Below are positions 1-8,273 of a DNA stretch of 40,376 nt, in pieces. Every line of letters begins with the position of its first letter. Positions within the stretch are counted from its first letter, which is position 1. The stretch lies in the IMG/VR virus record IMGVR_UViG_3300031519_000066, positions 1-40,376 of that record. One strand, given 5' to 3'. The notes beneath the pieces were generated by a model, which saw only the letters and a program-made list of their open reading frames with translations, searched no databases and was not told the origin of the DNA. This DNA comes from a virus (lineage: Duplodnaviria; Caudoviricetes). The position numbers and the translations under genes were made by a program.

Positions 1-568
1 GATTTTCCTCCCTGTTGGGTATGGGTCTACGCCTGCCTTGGAAATGTTCTGGTGCGTTGTGGGGAGGAGATGTGGGATATTGGCCATACCTGTCAATCTC
101 CTTGCCCCACGTTGTTGAGAACTGTGGCGAACAGTAACTACACTTTAGATTACAAGCATTGTTAAAGTTAACTTCCACATACCTCGGTGTCCAATGTTCG
201 TCTATTGGATTCTTCCTGATGTCCTCGAAGTCCTGCATGGCCCATGGTTCACCGGATCTGTAGTGCCTGTCTGACATCTCCCCAGTCTTCTCCATGTTCC
301 AACAGTATGAACAACCCTCAGGCTGTTCTCCTTTGAGCATCTGTTGTCGTTGATTCAGTTTCTCTGCTGTGTTGTGCAGTGCGGCAGGATTCAGCTTGAC
401 TGCATCTGCGTCCATCTTGTGCAGTGGTGGATGGTAGCACGAGTTGGTCAGTCCAGTGGACAGGTGCAGTGACGTCTGGTTCCACTTGGCCAGGCACATT
501 GAAGGTGATACCGTTGCCAGCTTCTCCTTGGCCTCCAGTGCATCTTGTTTGTAATCACTAGTACTCAC
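1..568 (-). CDS. Radical SAM protein with N-terminal twitch/SPASM-like Cys cluster (3' part runs off the window; missing from the ORF track)
   Basis: Translated by hand from GTG at 568, with GGGAG SD upstream and overlapping the upstream stop: MSTSDYKQDALEAKEKLATVSPSMCLAKWNQ..NSCYH..EGCSYCWNME..YVEVNFNNACNLKCSYCSPQFSTTW. Contains the CxxxCxxC motif plus extra C/CxxC residues. Frame stays open to the window edge. Confidence 0.9.
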   Translation of the reverse strand, partial: MSTSDYKQDALEAKEKLATVSPSMCLAKWNQTSLHLSTGLTNSCYHPPLHKMDADAVKLNPAALHNTAEKLNQRQQMLKGEQPEGCSYCWNMEKTGEMSDRHYRSGEPWAMQDFEDIRKNPIDEHWTPRYVEVNFNNACNLKCSYCSPQFSTTWGKEIDRYGQYPTSPPHNAPEHFQGRRRPIPNREEN

Positions 569-1448
569 GATCTTGTACTCCCCTGTTGATGTGTTGTGGC
601 ATACAGAACTTGAAGAATCTACTGTCCTGTTCGCTGAAGTCTGCTACCGGTACATCTAATCTTTGCCTGACACTTTCCCCGTATGCTTCCAGATCCATGT
701 CTATGTCATCTACAGCACTCGAAAACAGATCGGCCAGCTTCTCCAGATCACTGACCTGTGCATGTTCGTTCCCCGATACCGTTGTTGAGTAGCAACCCAT
801 CCTGGCACCCAACATGGCATACTTGCCATTGTCAACTTCTGCACCAACACTCATCCATGTGGTCAGTATCCTTAAATTGCTGTTGTGTATAATACGTTTG
901 AAATCTGCAGGGTCAATGTTCTTGCCTTGGTCCAAGCTCATCTTGACACCTTCCCTGTAACCTGCCACGAATGCCTGTCTTGCTGATGTGTTTATGACTG
1001 TTGTTGAATAGCAGTTGTGTAGGTTTTCATGTTTAACCGTCCAGCAGAAGTCTATCTCTGCTCTCTCGTCTTTGGCATTTTCATGTGTGTGCATGTTCAA
1101 GCAGGTATCTTTGTCCCACCCCACAAGTCCGCCGTTGCCATAAACCAATCCATTTATGTTGTTCTTGGCCCTCCAACGATGCACTGCTTTTGAATCTGTC
1201 TTTGACCAGTCTAGCGTTTGCAATAAGAATGTTTCATCTATAATGTTATCCCCATCTACACTTATAAAAAATTGTGTTTCCGCTTTCTCTGCCGCGGCTT
1301 TGTGTGCAGAATCAAATCCTTTCACTCCGTCAACACGCTTCGCCCATGGTACTTTGTTCTTAAGGTCAGCCCAGTTCTCTTCCTTGTTGGGTTCCGTGTA
1401 ACTAATGTACACAAAATCTAGATCACTTACTCTGATTCTATCTGCCAT
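558..1448 (-). CDS. Glycosyltransferase-like protein (GT-A/GT2-like)
   Basis: 296 aa; hydrophobic strand followed by DxD (FFISVDGDNII), preceded by SAHKAAAE helix and followed by YGNGG; overlaps both neighbours. Confidence 0.6.
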   Translation of the reverse strand: MADRIRVSDLDFVYISYTEPNKEENWADLKNKVPWAKRVDGVKGFDSAHKAAAEKAETQFFISVDGDNIIDETFLLQTLDWSKTDSKAVHRWRAKNNINGLVYGNGGLVGWDKDTCLNMHTHENAKDERAEIDFCWTVKHENLHNCYSTTVINTSARQAFVAGYREGVKMSLDQGKNIDPADFKRIIHNSNLRILTTWMSVGAEVDNGKYAMLGARMGCYSTTVSGNEHAQVSDLEKLADLFSSAVDDIDMDLEAYGESVRQRLDVPVADFSEQDSRFFKFCMPQHINRGVQDREY

Positions 1449-1738
1449 GCAAATCCTTCCTCTACGATTGATTCAACCCATAACGGATCATTGTCGTAGA
1501 ATTTATATCCTCTATCGCTCTTTCTCAGTACAGGCAATTTACGACTGGCTTTTACAACCGGTTTTGGAACTATTTTTTCTCCCTCTAAAATAAATCCATC
1601 TTCTCCTCCTGTGGACTTCATTATTTCTAATTTCTTTTCAAGACTTACTTCAATCTCTTTGCCTTGTATATTAACCGTGTGAACTTTCTTTTTTTGAGGT
1701 GCTAAATTTTCAAACGCTTTAAAAAATTCGGTCATCAA
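1427..1738 (-). CDS. Hypothetical protein
   Basis: 103 aa ORF overlapping both neighbours, GGAG upstream; AT-rich (about 34% GC by hand count over 1501-1740). Confidence 0.7.
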   Translation of the reverse strand: MMTEFFKAFENLAPQKKKVHTVNIQGKEIEVSLEKKLEIMKSTGGEDGFILEGEKIVPKPVVKASRKLPVLRKSDRGYKFYDNDPLWVESIVEEGFAWQIESE

Positions 1739-2522
1739 GCTCTCCTAACATTTTCTTGTTGTGGTAGTGTACTATCCTGTGCTGTCTGTATCCACCCATG
1801 TAAAAGTTGTTTGCTACTTTCATAGGATACAGGTAGTTGTCGTTCTGTAATTTCATACCTAGTCCGTTTATGTGCTGTTTGTTGTGCATGAACTTGAACC
1901 ATTCATACTCCACCTTGTCCAGCTGTAATGGATCCTGTATCTTGTTGGCCAATGCATAAACCACGTCCGTTGTTGGTTGCTTATCGTGGCAGTTCACTAG
2001 TACCGTCTCCTTGACTGTACTCCAATTTTTTGTAATAGTCTCACACAGGTCATAGAACTGTTTTGCTTTTGTGCTTCTCCTGAAGTAGTGTAATCCGTTG
2101 TACACATCAGGCAGTTCATTACGTGCAAACAACTTCCTGTAGTAGCTGTTCTTTATCACATCATCCTTATAGTTCCTGCAGTGGTACGAGAATACCTGGT
2201 CGTGTTGCCATAGATGGTTCCACCACCAGTCAGTGTTCTGTGTGAACAGCATGTCTGCCTCTAATTTGATTGTGTGCGTGAACGGTGACAGTTTAAACAC
2301 TTTGTATTCATTGCCCAGTTTCCAATCCTGGTCAGCACTGTCATCTTGATCCAGGACCTTGACGACATCAAACAGCTCGTCTTCCATTGGCTTGTCTGTT
2401 ATCACACATACCTGGCTGTGTCTGTTGACCTTCTTTATGCTCTTTGCAAGTTCCTTGCTCAGCTCAATATAATCTGTTGTGGAGTTGTTCAGTGCGAACC
2501 ATACATATCCCTTAGACATCAC
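1719..2522 (-). CDS. Glycosyltransferase, GT-A fold (GT8/nucleotide-diphospho-sugar transferase-like)
   Basis: KGYVWFA..Y..L..LAKSIK..VCVITD N-terminus; SPFTHTIKLEADML (DxD variant); YNGLHYF; TTDVVYALA; C-terminal HYH. Confidence 0.7.
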   Translation of the reverse strand: MMSKGYVWFALNNSTTDYIELSKELAKSIKKVNRHSQVCVITDKPMEDELFDVVKVLDQDDSADQDWKLGNEYKVFKLSPFTHTIKLEADMLFTQNTDWWWNHLWQHDQVFSYHCRNYKDDVIKNSYYRKLFARNELPDVYNGLHYFRRSTKAKQFYDLCETITKNWSTVKETVLVNCHDKQPTTDVVYALANKIQDPLQLDKVEYEWFKFMHNKQHINGLGMKLQNDNYLYPMKVANNFYMGGYRQHRIVHYHNKKMLGELDDRIF

Positions 2523-3264
2523 ACCACTCCTTGTCCATCACATGTACATCCTGTCCTGTTGTGAAATTTATGTTGTCACTGTACTTGAAGACGATACCGT
2601 CCTCGTCGCTGTCTATCACATCCACACTAGTCGCCAACATGGTCATGGGTGTGGGTATTCTATTTCCTAGATTCAGTTGGTGTAGTGCTATTGCGAAAGC
2701 ATAATCGTTCCTGTAATTTACGTAACGTATCCTGTAGAGATTCCTGTAGTGCGAATAATATTCCTGTACATGTCTTATCATGGCAAATATTGCTTTAGTG
2801 TTTGCATTTTTACGGAAAAGTGTGACCGTTGCCCATACCAAAGGCAGTGTGCTTTCGTCATTGCCCACAATCATGTCTTGGCCTGTTAGATCATGTACCT
2901 TGTCGTGCAACATCATATCAAACTCTGTCTTTGATAGTTCTAACAAGTTTCCTGAGAATACAAAATAGTCGCAATCCATTAGTATAGTTGTGTCATAGGG
3001 TGAATGCTCATAAGCTAGGACTCTTTCTTTGTTGTACCATGCTACACTTCCCCCCCTGTAAGGTCTTGTGTTGGTGGTCTTGTTCTCGACCAACTTATAA
3101 TTAATCATTCCTAAGGGTTTAAATTTTTTGTATGTCTCTAGATTAGTGACAATAGTAATTTCTAGTTTTAGGTATTTTCTTATCTGTTCCACACAACGTT
3201 CTGCCAAACGATGATAGTTAATTTCAGGAGTGTTGAAACAGTACATCAGTACACCAGTTTTCAT
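2512..3264 (-). CDS. Glycosyltransferase, GT-A fold, paralogue of 1719..2522
   Basis: SPYDTTILMDCDYFV (DxD), WATVTLF, RNDYAFAIA, VHVMDK; same motif order as the neighbour. Confidence 0.75.
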   Translation of the reverse strand: MKTGVLMYCFNTPEINYHRLAERCVEQIRKYLKLEITIVTNLETYKKFKPLGMINYKLVENKTTNTRPYRGGSVAWYNKERVLAYEHSPYDTTILMDCDYFVFSGNLLELSKTEFDMMLHDKVHDLTGQDMIVGNDESTLPLVWATVTLFRKNANTKAIFAMIRHVQEYYSHYRNLYRIRYVNYRNDYAFAIALHQLNLGNRIPTPMTMLATSVDVIDSDEDGIVFKYSDNINFTTGQDVHVMDKEWCDV

Positions 3265-3581
3265 TATTTTCTCTTTTTTGCAAGATCTTGGTGTAGCTGT
3301 TGATACGAGTTTAGTGTCTCCTGGTTTCTTTCAATTAATTTATTTAGGAAATCCTCCGGATCCTTAACATGACAGGGATTGTCGTTAACATCTAACACGT
3401 AGAAATCTTTGCTGTGTTGTTTGAGTGTGCTCACTAGATTTATAGTATTGGCATCCGCTTGGAATAGCCTCTCGTTGTAGGCCATGAGCTGTCTTGAACG
3501 CAGTTTTTCCAGTGCATTCTTTTTAGCCTGTGCTACTCCGAAGTTGAGGTCTGAGTGTTTCTTAATATTGCCAATATCCAT
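3264..3581 (-). CDS. Hypothetical protein, first gene of the glycosyltransferase operon
   Basis: 105 aa; its stop overlaps the next ATG; own sigma70-like promoter immediately upstream. Confidence 0.75.
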   Translation of the reverse strand: MDIGNIKKHSDLNFGVAQAKKNALEKLRSRQLMAYNERLFQADANTINLVSTLKQHSKDFYVLDVNDNPCHVKDPEDFLNKLIERNQETLNSYQQLHQDLAKKRK

Positions 3582-3599
3582 AACTGTATTATACAGTTA
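3581..3599. repeat. Perfect 9-bp inverted repeat over the -10 box (candidate operator)
   Basis: TAACTGTAT-T-ATACAGTTA. Confidence 0.6.
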
Positions 3600-3616
3600 A
3601 TTATTAGTAAGATCAA
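3588..3616 (-). promoter_or_regulatory. Sigma70-type promoter TTGATC-N17-TATAAT
   Basis: Minus strand reads TTGATC (3616-3611), 17-nt spacer, TATAAT (3593-3588), 6 nt, ATG (3581). Confidence 0.75.
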
Positions 3617-3635
3617 CACCTAAAAATTTTATTCT

Positions 3636-3689
3636 TTAATTAGATGTTTGTGAGTGTAAAAAATCTATGTTGTTTATGAATACTTGCAT
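3636..3689 (-). CDS. Possible 17-aa micro-ORF MQVFINNIDFLHSQTSN
   Basis: TAAATA (3701-3696) + 6 nt + ATG, the same geometry as at two real genes in this window; no other support. Confidence 0.25.
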   Translation of the reverse strand: MQVFINNIDFLHSQTSN

Positions 3690-3728
3690 GTGCAATATTT
3701 AATTGCAAAATAAGTCGGGTGGAAATTA

Positions 3729-4712
3729 TTATGTTGTGTCGTTGGACACCTCAGCACTGGCTGAAAGCGTGTAAACTGGGTCTAGGCCCTGTGCCGTCGT
3801 CGGTAGCATCAGCTTGGTTGCGAAGTCTGTGATACCAATGAAGTTCGCGTTGACGTCAACAGTTGCTGTGTTACCTGCTGTGAACGCCTCGTCTCCAGTG
3901 TCCGCATCAGTAAGTGTCATCTGGACTGTCACTACTGTTCCTGTTCCGTAAGTGGCGTTGTTCACTTTGGCCTCACCCTTCAAGGTCATTGAAGTGTATG
4001 TGCCGGATGATTGTGTTATCAGGAATATTGTCGTGTAGGCTGTTCCCAGGTCGGCAACACCGTTTGCGAAACCGTTTGTGGTCAGTGTCTCTGTTGTGCC
4101 TGATCTGGTGGATACCTGTGCACCTATGTCGAAGTCGCCCATGGCAGTGATCATCTCATCAACTGAATCATCCTTGGCTGTTGCTGTTGTACCGTCGGCC
4201 GCTCCACCACCTACTCTTGTAAGGTTTACCCTGATCTTGCCACCTGAGTTGAAGAAGTATCTCAGGTTGTTTCCGTTTGCGAATGTAACCGAGTGTTGCA
4301 CTATGTGGTTTCCCACCCATCTCGTTGCTGATCTTGAACTCTGTAATTCTGATCCTGCGGAAAGTGCCGTTGCCGCCACAGATCCGCCTGCTATTGCTCC
4401 TGCCTGCGCCGCAAGGTCTACCGCTATGGCCGCCTTGATTGCAATAGGGTCTCCTGTTATTACTGCCGTCCTGGCAGTGATTGCAATATTTGTATGGTTG
4501 GCAATGTTAGTGATACCTGTCATCAATGCATTCCACTGTGCCGCCGTGATTGTTGTGGCCCCAGGTGAAGCTTCTGCTAGATGTGCCTGTCCCAATCCGT
4601 ATGCTCCCGAACCTGTTCCTGCGAAATGGTTGTATCCATAAGGATCACTTGAGCTGGCAACAAATGTGTTGTACTCGTCATCTAAAATTGTATCACCTGC
4701 TACGTATGCCAT
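3729..4712 (-). CDS. Virion structural protein (tail/baseplate-associated)
   Basis: 327 aa, Thr/Ala/Gly-rich, MAY start, RYFFNSGGKIR motif; last gene of the structural block; GGAG SD. Confidence 0.65.
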   Translation of the reverse strand: MAYVAGDTILDDEYNTFVASSSDPYGYNHFAGTGSGAYGLGQAHLAEASPGATTITAAQWNALMTGITNIANHTNIAITARTAVITGDPIAIKAAIAVDLAAQAGAIAGGSVAATALSAGSELQSSRSATRWVGNHIVQHSVTFANGNNLRYFFNSGGKIRVNLTRVGGGAADGTTATAKDDSVDEMITAMGDFDIGAQVSTRSGTTETLTTNGFANGVADLGTAYTTIFLITQSSGTYTSMTLKGEAKVNNATYGTGTVVTVQMTLTDADTGDEAFTAGNTATVDVNANFIGITDFATKLMLPTTAQGLDPVYTLSASAEVSNDTT

Positions 4713-4716
4713 AAAA

Positions 4717-6363
4717 TTACTTGACTCCTATCACGCACTCTGTGAGTGCTGTTTCTTCATTATATTTATCCTTAATCAGTCTGCCCAGGGTATTGAAAGT
4801 GGTTGCTTCGTCTGTTCCTGCCACACGTGCCTCTCCTGATCCTGCTGATACTATACGATCACCTGCATTTCCTGTGCCTCTAACCTTGACCGGAACACGT
4901 CCTTTCAGTGCTATCGCTGGGTGTGTGTCGTTGTTGCCTGCTTCTGAATTCATCAAATATGCCGGTGAACTTGAAACAACACCGAAAACTGCGTCTGACA
5001 CTGCTTCTTCACATTTCGTTATCTCTTCTATCCCGCCCAGCATCACCACATCTCCTGCTTCTACCGGAGTGTCCGTGGCATATCTCTCCGCCAAGTCAGC
5101 ATACATGGCTGAAGTTGACGTTGCGTGGACTATGTTGGCCCTGATGTCCACCAGTGTAGCGGCTGACAGTTCGTCATCTCCACCACCTGACTTGAAAGCT
5201 GTCCAGGCACCGCCTGCGTTTCCGTAAGTTGTTGTACCATCATCTGCGAAGGTCTCGTCCCATACCCAGAAAAGATCCTGCTCTGTTGCTGTTGACGTTT
5301 CACCCCTGTTGACCTTGATCCCCGAGTAGTTGGGCATACCTGCGTTTGATGATATGTTCCTGTTCAGTTCTATGATGTTGTCTTCTATCGAGAGTGTTGT
5401 TGTGTTGAATGTCGTGTGTGTACCGTCAACTGTGAGGTTTCCCTTGACCCTCAGATCACCCACTGTCGGAAGATCAAGCAATCCTGTTGATCCGTCCATG
5501 GTCATCATTGTGGTCGTTACTCCACCATCGTTGACTGTGAATATTATGTCCTTGTCCTGTGTGGTCTGTGCTATGGTTAGGTTGTCACTTGATAGACTCA
5601 TGGTGATGTCTGAACCAGCACCTAAAATTAATCCTGTGTCATTTGCAATAGTGAATGAACTGTTTGTGGAATCGTTGGCATCTGATCTCAGATAGTTGGC
5701 CGCCGCAACCCCGCCCAGTGCATCTGAGTCTGTTGCCGTTCCCCTGAATTTCGCACTTGATACCGTTGATGAAAGCTGTAAACCCTGTGCCACTGCGGCG
5801 AAGCCCGCTGTGATCAGTGCCGCCGAAGTGGTGTCTGTTGCATTCGGTGTGAATGCCACGTTGGATACCACACCCACAACTGCATCATTGGCAACCAGTT
5901 TCAAGTATGATTGGTTGACCCCTGCATCGTCTGGTGCCACTTCCGAAATTACCTGCGTCACTCCTGATCCTGCAACTGTTGTTGGTCCGATCAAGGTCCA
6001 TGCTGTGCCATTGTAAACATACAACTGTGTGTTAGATGTGTCGAACCATAGATCTCCCTGTACCGCATTGGTAGGTGCTGACGTTGAGTTGGCTGGGCCA
6101 CCTGCTGGTTTCCATTTATCGCCTGTCCATACGTTGACACGTTTGTTCGTCTGGTCAAACCAAAGTTGACCTTGAATTTTGTTGTTGGGTGCTGTGGTGT
6201 TGTTGAAATTCTCTAGTAGCTTGACAAGGTTCTCATTTAACTTCTCACCGAAACCCGCATAACCTTTTCCGATCAGTGCAAGGTCCGTAGTGGCCGTGTC
6301 AATAGTCCCGTCTGCCAGCGTGACCAACAAGGTCCCAAATGTGTTGTTAATCTTGTATGCCAT
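4717..6363 (-). CDS. Tail fibre/baseplate fibre protein with C-terminal peptidase G2-like autocleaving chaperone
   Basis: Shared N-terminus (MAYKIN..LIGKGYAGFGE..ENLVKLLENF..GQLWFD); central SIEDNIIELN..GIKVNRG..WDET module; C-terminal ADLAERY..GVVS..ALKGRVPVKV. Confidence 0.8.
   Translation of the reverse strand: MAYKINNTFGTLLVTLADGTIDTATTDLALIGKGYAGFGEKLNENLVKLLENFNNTTAPNNKIQGQLWFDQTNKRVNVWTGDKWKPAGGPANSTSAPTNAVQGDLWFDTSNTQLYVYNGTAWTLIGPTTVAGSGVTQVISEVAPDDAGVNQSYLKLVANDAVVGVVSNVAFTPNATDTTSAALITAGFAAVAQGLQLSSTVSSAKFRGTATDSDALGGVAAANYLRSDANDSTNSSFTIANDTGLILGAGSDITMSLSSDNLTIAQTTQDKDIIFTVNDGGVTTTMMTMDGSTGLLDLPTVGDLRVKGNLTVDGTHTTFNTTTLSIEDNIIELNRNISSNAGMPNYSGIKVNRGETSTATEQDLFWVWDETFADDGTTTYGNAGGAWTAFKSGGGDDELSAATLVDIRANIVHATSTSAMYADLAERYATDTPVEAGDVVMLGGIEEITKCEEAVSDAVFGVVSSSPAYLMNSEAGNNDTHPAIALKGRVPVKVRGTGNAGDRIVSAGSGEARVAGTDEATTFNTLGRLIKDKYNEETALTECVIGVK
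4763..4770 (-). promoter_or_regulatory. Candidate T4-type late promoter GATAAATA
   Basis: 7/8 match to TATAAATA, 50 nt upstream of the start at 4712; lies inside the upstream CDS. Confidence 0.4.
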
Positions 6364-6369
6364 GTCTTA

Positions 6370-6546
6370 CTAGTTTGATGCGTTGTCCCTGACCTCGGTC
6401 AAGAAACTGACATCTCCCACTAACTTGATTAATATAGTCGCAAGTTCTGGTGTAAGCATTTCATCAATTGACGTTTGCTCTGCATCAGTCCAAACCAACT
6501 CGTAGTTGTCATTGATGTAATCTGCTACTTCTTCTTTTGTTGCCAT
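6370..6546 (-). CDS. Small acidic hypothetical protein, 58 aa (missing from the ORF track)
   Basis: MATKEEVADYINDNYELVWTDAEQTSIDEMLTPELATILIKLVGDVSFLTEVRDNASN*; strong AAGGAG SD; fills the intergenic gap. Confidence 0.8.
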   Translation of the reverse strand: MATKEEVADYINDNYELVWTDAEQTSIDEMLTPELATILIKLVGDVSFLTEVRDNASN

Positions 6547-6564
6547 TTAAATGTCTCCTTATGC

Positions 6565-7029
6565 TTATTTATTATGCTTTTCAATCTGCTCATCGTCTGA
6601 GATCCAGGTTAAATCCTCTGAATATGACCCATCCAGGTCTCGCAGGAAGGTCTTGACGTTGCTCTCCGTAAGCACCATATCGTGGTATTTTGTGTATCTT
6701 TTGTGCAGTGCCGGTTCCTTCGTGGCGGTGTACACCAGTTTCATTCCCCTGTCCTTTGCCAGTCCCATTATGCCGTCAATACACAATTTCAGGCATTTAT
6801 GCACATTCCGGGGTTCGGCCGTCTTGTCTGTGACTATCCATTCCATGAAGGCGAACTGTGTTCCCTCTCCTATGTACAGACCCCCTGCACACACGGGCTT
6901 TCCGTCCACCTCGACCATTATCCCCGCAGGTGGCAGGCATTCCTTTGGCACCGTTCCGAACTCCCACTCGGTCCACCATCTGACCAGTGTGTCATAGTCC
7001 TTGTCTCTGTCCCAGGCTCTAACTAACAT
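6565..7029 (-). CDS. GNAT-fold acyltransferase-like protein
   Basis: 154 aa; VRAW..DYDTL..W helix, GIMVEVDGKPVCAGGLY hairpin, AFMEWIVT strand, LAKDRGMKLVYT pattern typical of GNAT. Confidence 0.6.
   Translation of the reverse strand: MLVRAWDRDKDYDTLVRWWTEWEFGTVPKECLPPAGIMVEVDGKPVCAGGLYIGEGTQFAFMEWIVTDKTAEPRNVHKCLKLCIDGIMGLAKDRGMKLVYTATKEPALHKRYTKYHDMVLTESNVKTFLRDLDGSYSEDLTWISDDEQIEKHNK
6566..6573 (-). promoter_or_regulatory. T4-type late promoter AATAAATA
   Basis: AATAAATA-AGCAT-AAGGAG-N8-ATG upstream of 6546. Confidence 0.55.
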
Positions 7030-7597
7030 TTTTCTGCATCACTATCTTGTTGACATTGAACGTTGACTCAAAACAGTAACGCACTGCCTCTGCAACTTCG
7101 TCTGCTTTTAATTTTGGTAGGTCTTCCCACAATCCCTTGGTCATGTCCGTGTCCACCACGTCTGGACAGACGTCATATACCGACAGTGGCTTGTTCAGTA
7201 GTTCCTGTTGAAGTTCTTCTATGTACCCTATTAGGGTTTTCTTGTTCTTGCAGTAATCCACGTATTCAGCATTGTGCAACTCCTCGTCTGCTCCTATCGT
7301 AGTGCCTGACGTGCTTGTTATCACAACAACTTTTTTATCCTCGAAAAGATATTTGCCGTATATCCTTTTCAACAGGGTCATCTGTCCTCTCCCAACATAT
7401 GCGTTGAGTACAATAAGTCTACAGTCATCCAACTGTTCCATTATCTCCACCTGGCTACATTGTAGATCGTAACCATTGCTACTGCTCAATCCAACGACTG
7501 TGTATTTCTTTTTTCGATACAGGTCCGCTATGGCCTTGCCTATCCCTCTGGTGTGCCCTATGATCGCGATCTTATTTTTTTTGTTTCCTTGATTCAT
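7019..7597 (-). CDS. Short-chain dehydrogenase/reductase (SDR)
   Basis: IAIIGHTRGIGKAIA Rossmann motif, LNA, ITS, YCKNK (YxxxK), PDVVDTDMT. Confidence 0.9.
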   Translation of the reverse strand: MNQGNKKNKIAIIGHTRGIGKAIADLYRKKKYTVVGLSSSNGYDLQCSQVEIMEQLDDCRLIVLNAYVGRGQMTLLKRIYGKYLFEDKKVVVITSTSGTTIGADEELHNAEYVDYCKNKKTLIGYIEELQQELLNKPLSVYDVCPDVVDTDMTKGLWEDLPKLKADEVAEAVRYCFESTFNVNKIVMQKNVS

Positions 7598-8273
7598 ACA
7601 CCTCTGCTAGATTCTCCAAACCCTCGAACTCATCGTTGTAGTGTTGGTAATAAGCTTCAAACTTCTCTTTAGTGTACAGTGATTCCTTGTAGAAGTCAAT
7701 CAATAACGTGGTTCTTTCGTCTGGATTGTTGTTGTATCCGTTGTGCAGTTGTAGGTCTGGCTGGAACACGAATGCATCTCCAGATTTCCATGTGTGTTGT
7801 GCTTTTTTCTTGGTCTCCAGATCCATGTAGTACATGCCACTGTCCGTTCCACCGCCATCATCTATGCACAGCTGGTATCTCCAGCCGCCCTCACTGTCCT
7901 TGTGGTTACCAATTTTCGTGTTTGGTCCCACTGTCATGAAAGCAACATTGGTCTTGTATGGGAATTTCCTCAGGATGCTGTACAGCATGGGATAGTCGTT
8001 GAATTCTTGCCCCTCGTATGTGCCTGAACTTATGCCCAGTGCTTTCCATTCGCCCTGCACGTAATCTCCTTCACGATCTGTGTCACCTGGATAGAACTTG
8101 TCCTTGTCTGTGTAATCTTTTGGGTCTCCCCTGACGCTGTTGGAGAAGTCTTCCGGATTAAGGAATACTTTGTTGGGTTGTGAGTTGAATTCGTGTGCTA
8201 TTTCCTTGAAATGCTTTTCTAACTGTAGGAAACACTCACCCTGTTGGCCGTAATAAAAACTCTTATCTATCAT
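7572..8273 (-). CDS. Aspartyl/asparaginyl beta-hydroxylase family 2OG-Fe(II) oxygenase
   Basis: GPNTKIGNHKD (HxD), RYQL, WKSGDAFVF, LHNGYN (distal His), ERTTLLIDF. Confidence 0.85.
   Translation of the reverse strand: MIDKSFYYGQQGECFLQLEKHFKEIAHEFNSQPNKVFLNPEDFSNSVRGDPKDYTDKDKFYPGDTDREGDYVQGEWKALGISSGTYEGQEFNDYPMLYSILRKFPYKTNVAFMTVGPNTKIGNHKDSEGGWRYQLCIDDGGGTDSGMYYMDLETKKKAQHTWKSGDAFVFQPDLQLHNGYNNNPDERTTLLIDFYKESLYTKEKFEAYYQHYNDEFEGLENLAEVYESRKQKK

Noticed and set aside
3584-3596. CTGT..ACAG as a LexA SOS box
   Set aside because: The spacer is 5 nt, not the 8 nt of the gammaproteobacterial box.
6370-6546. Acyl-carrier protein for the SDR/GNAT cassette
   Set aside because: Small and acidic, but it lacks the DSL phosphopantetheine motif and is short.
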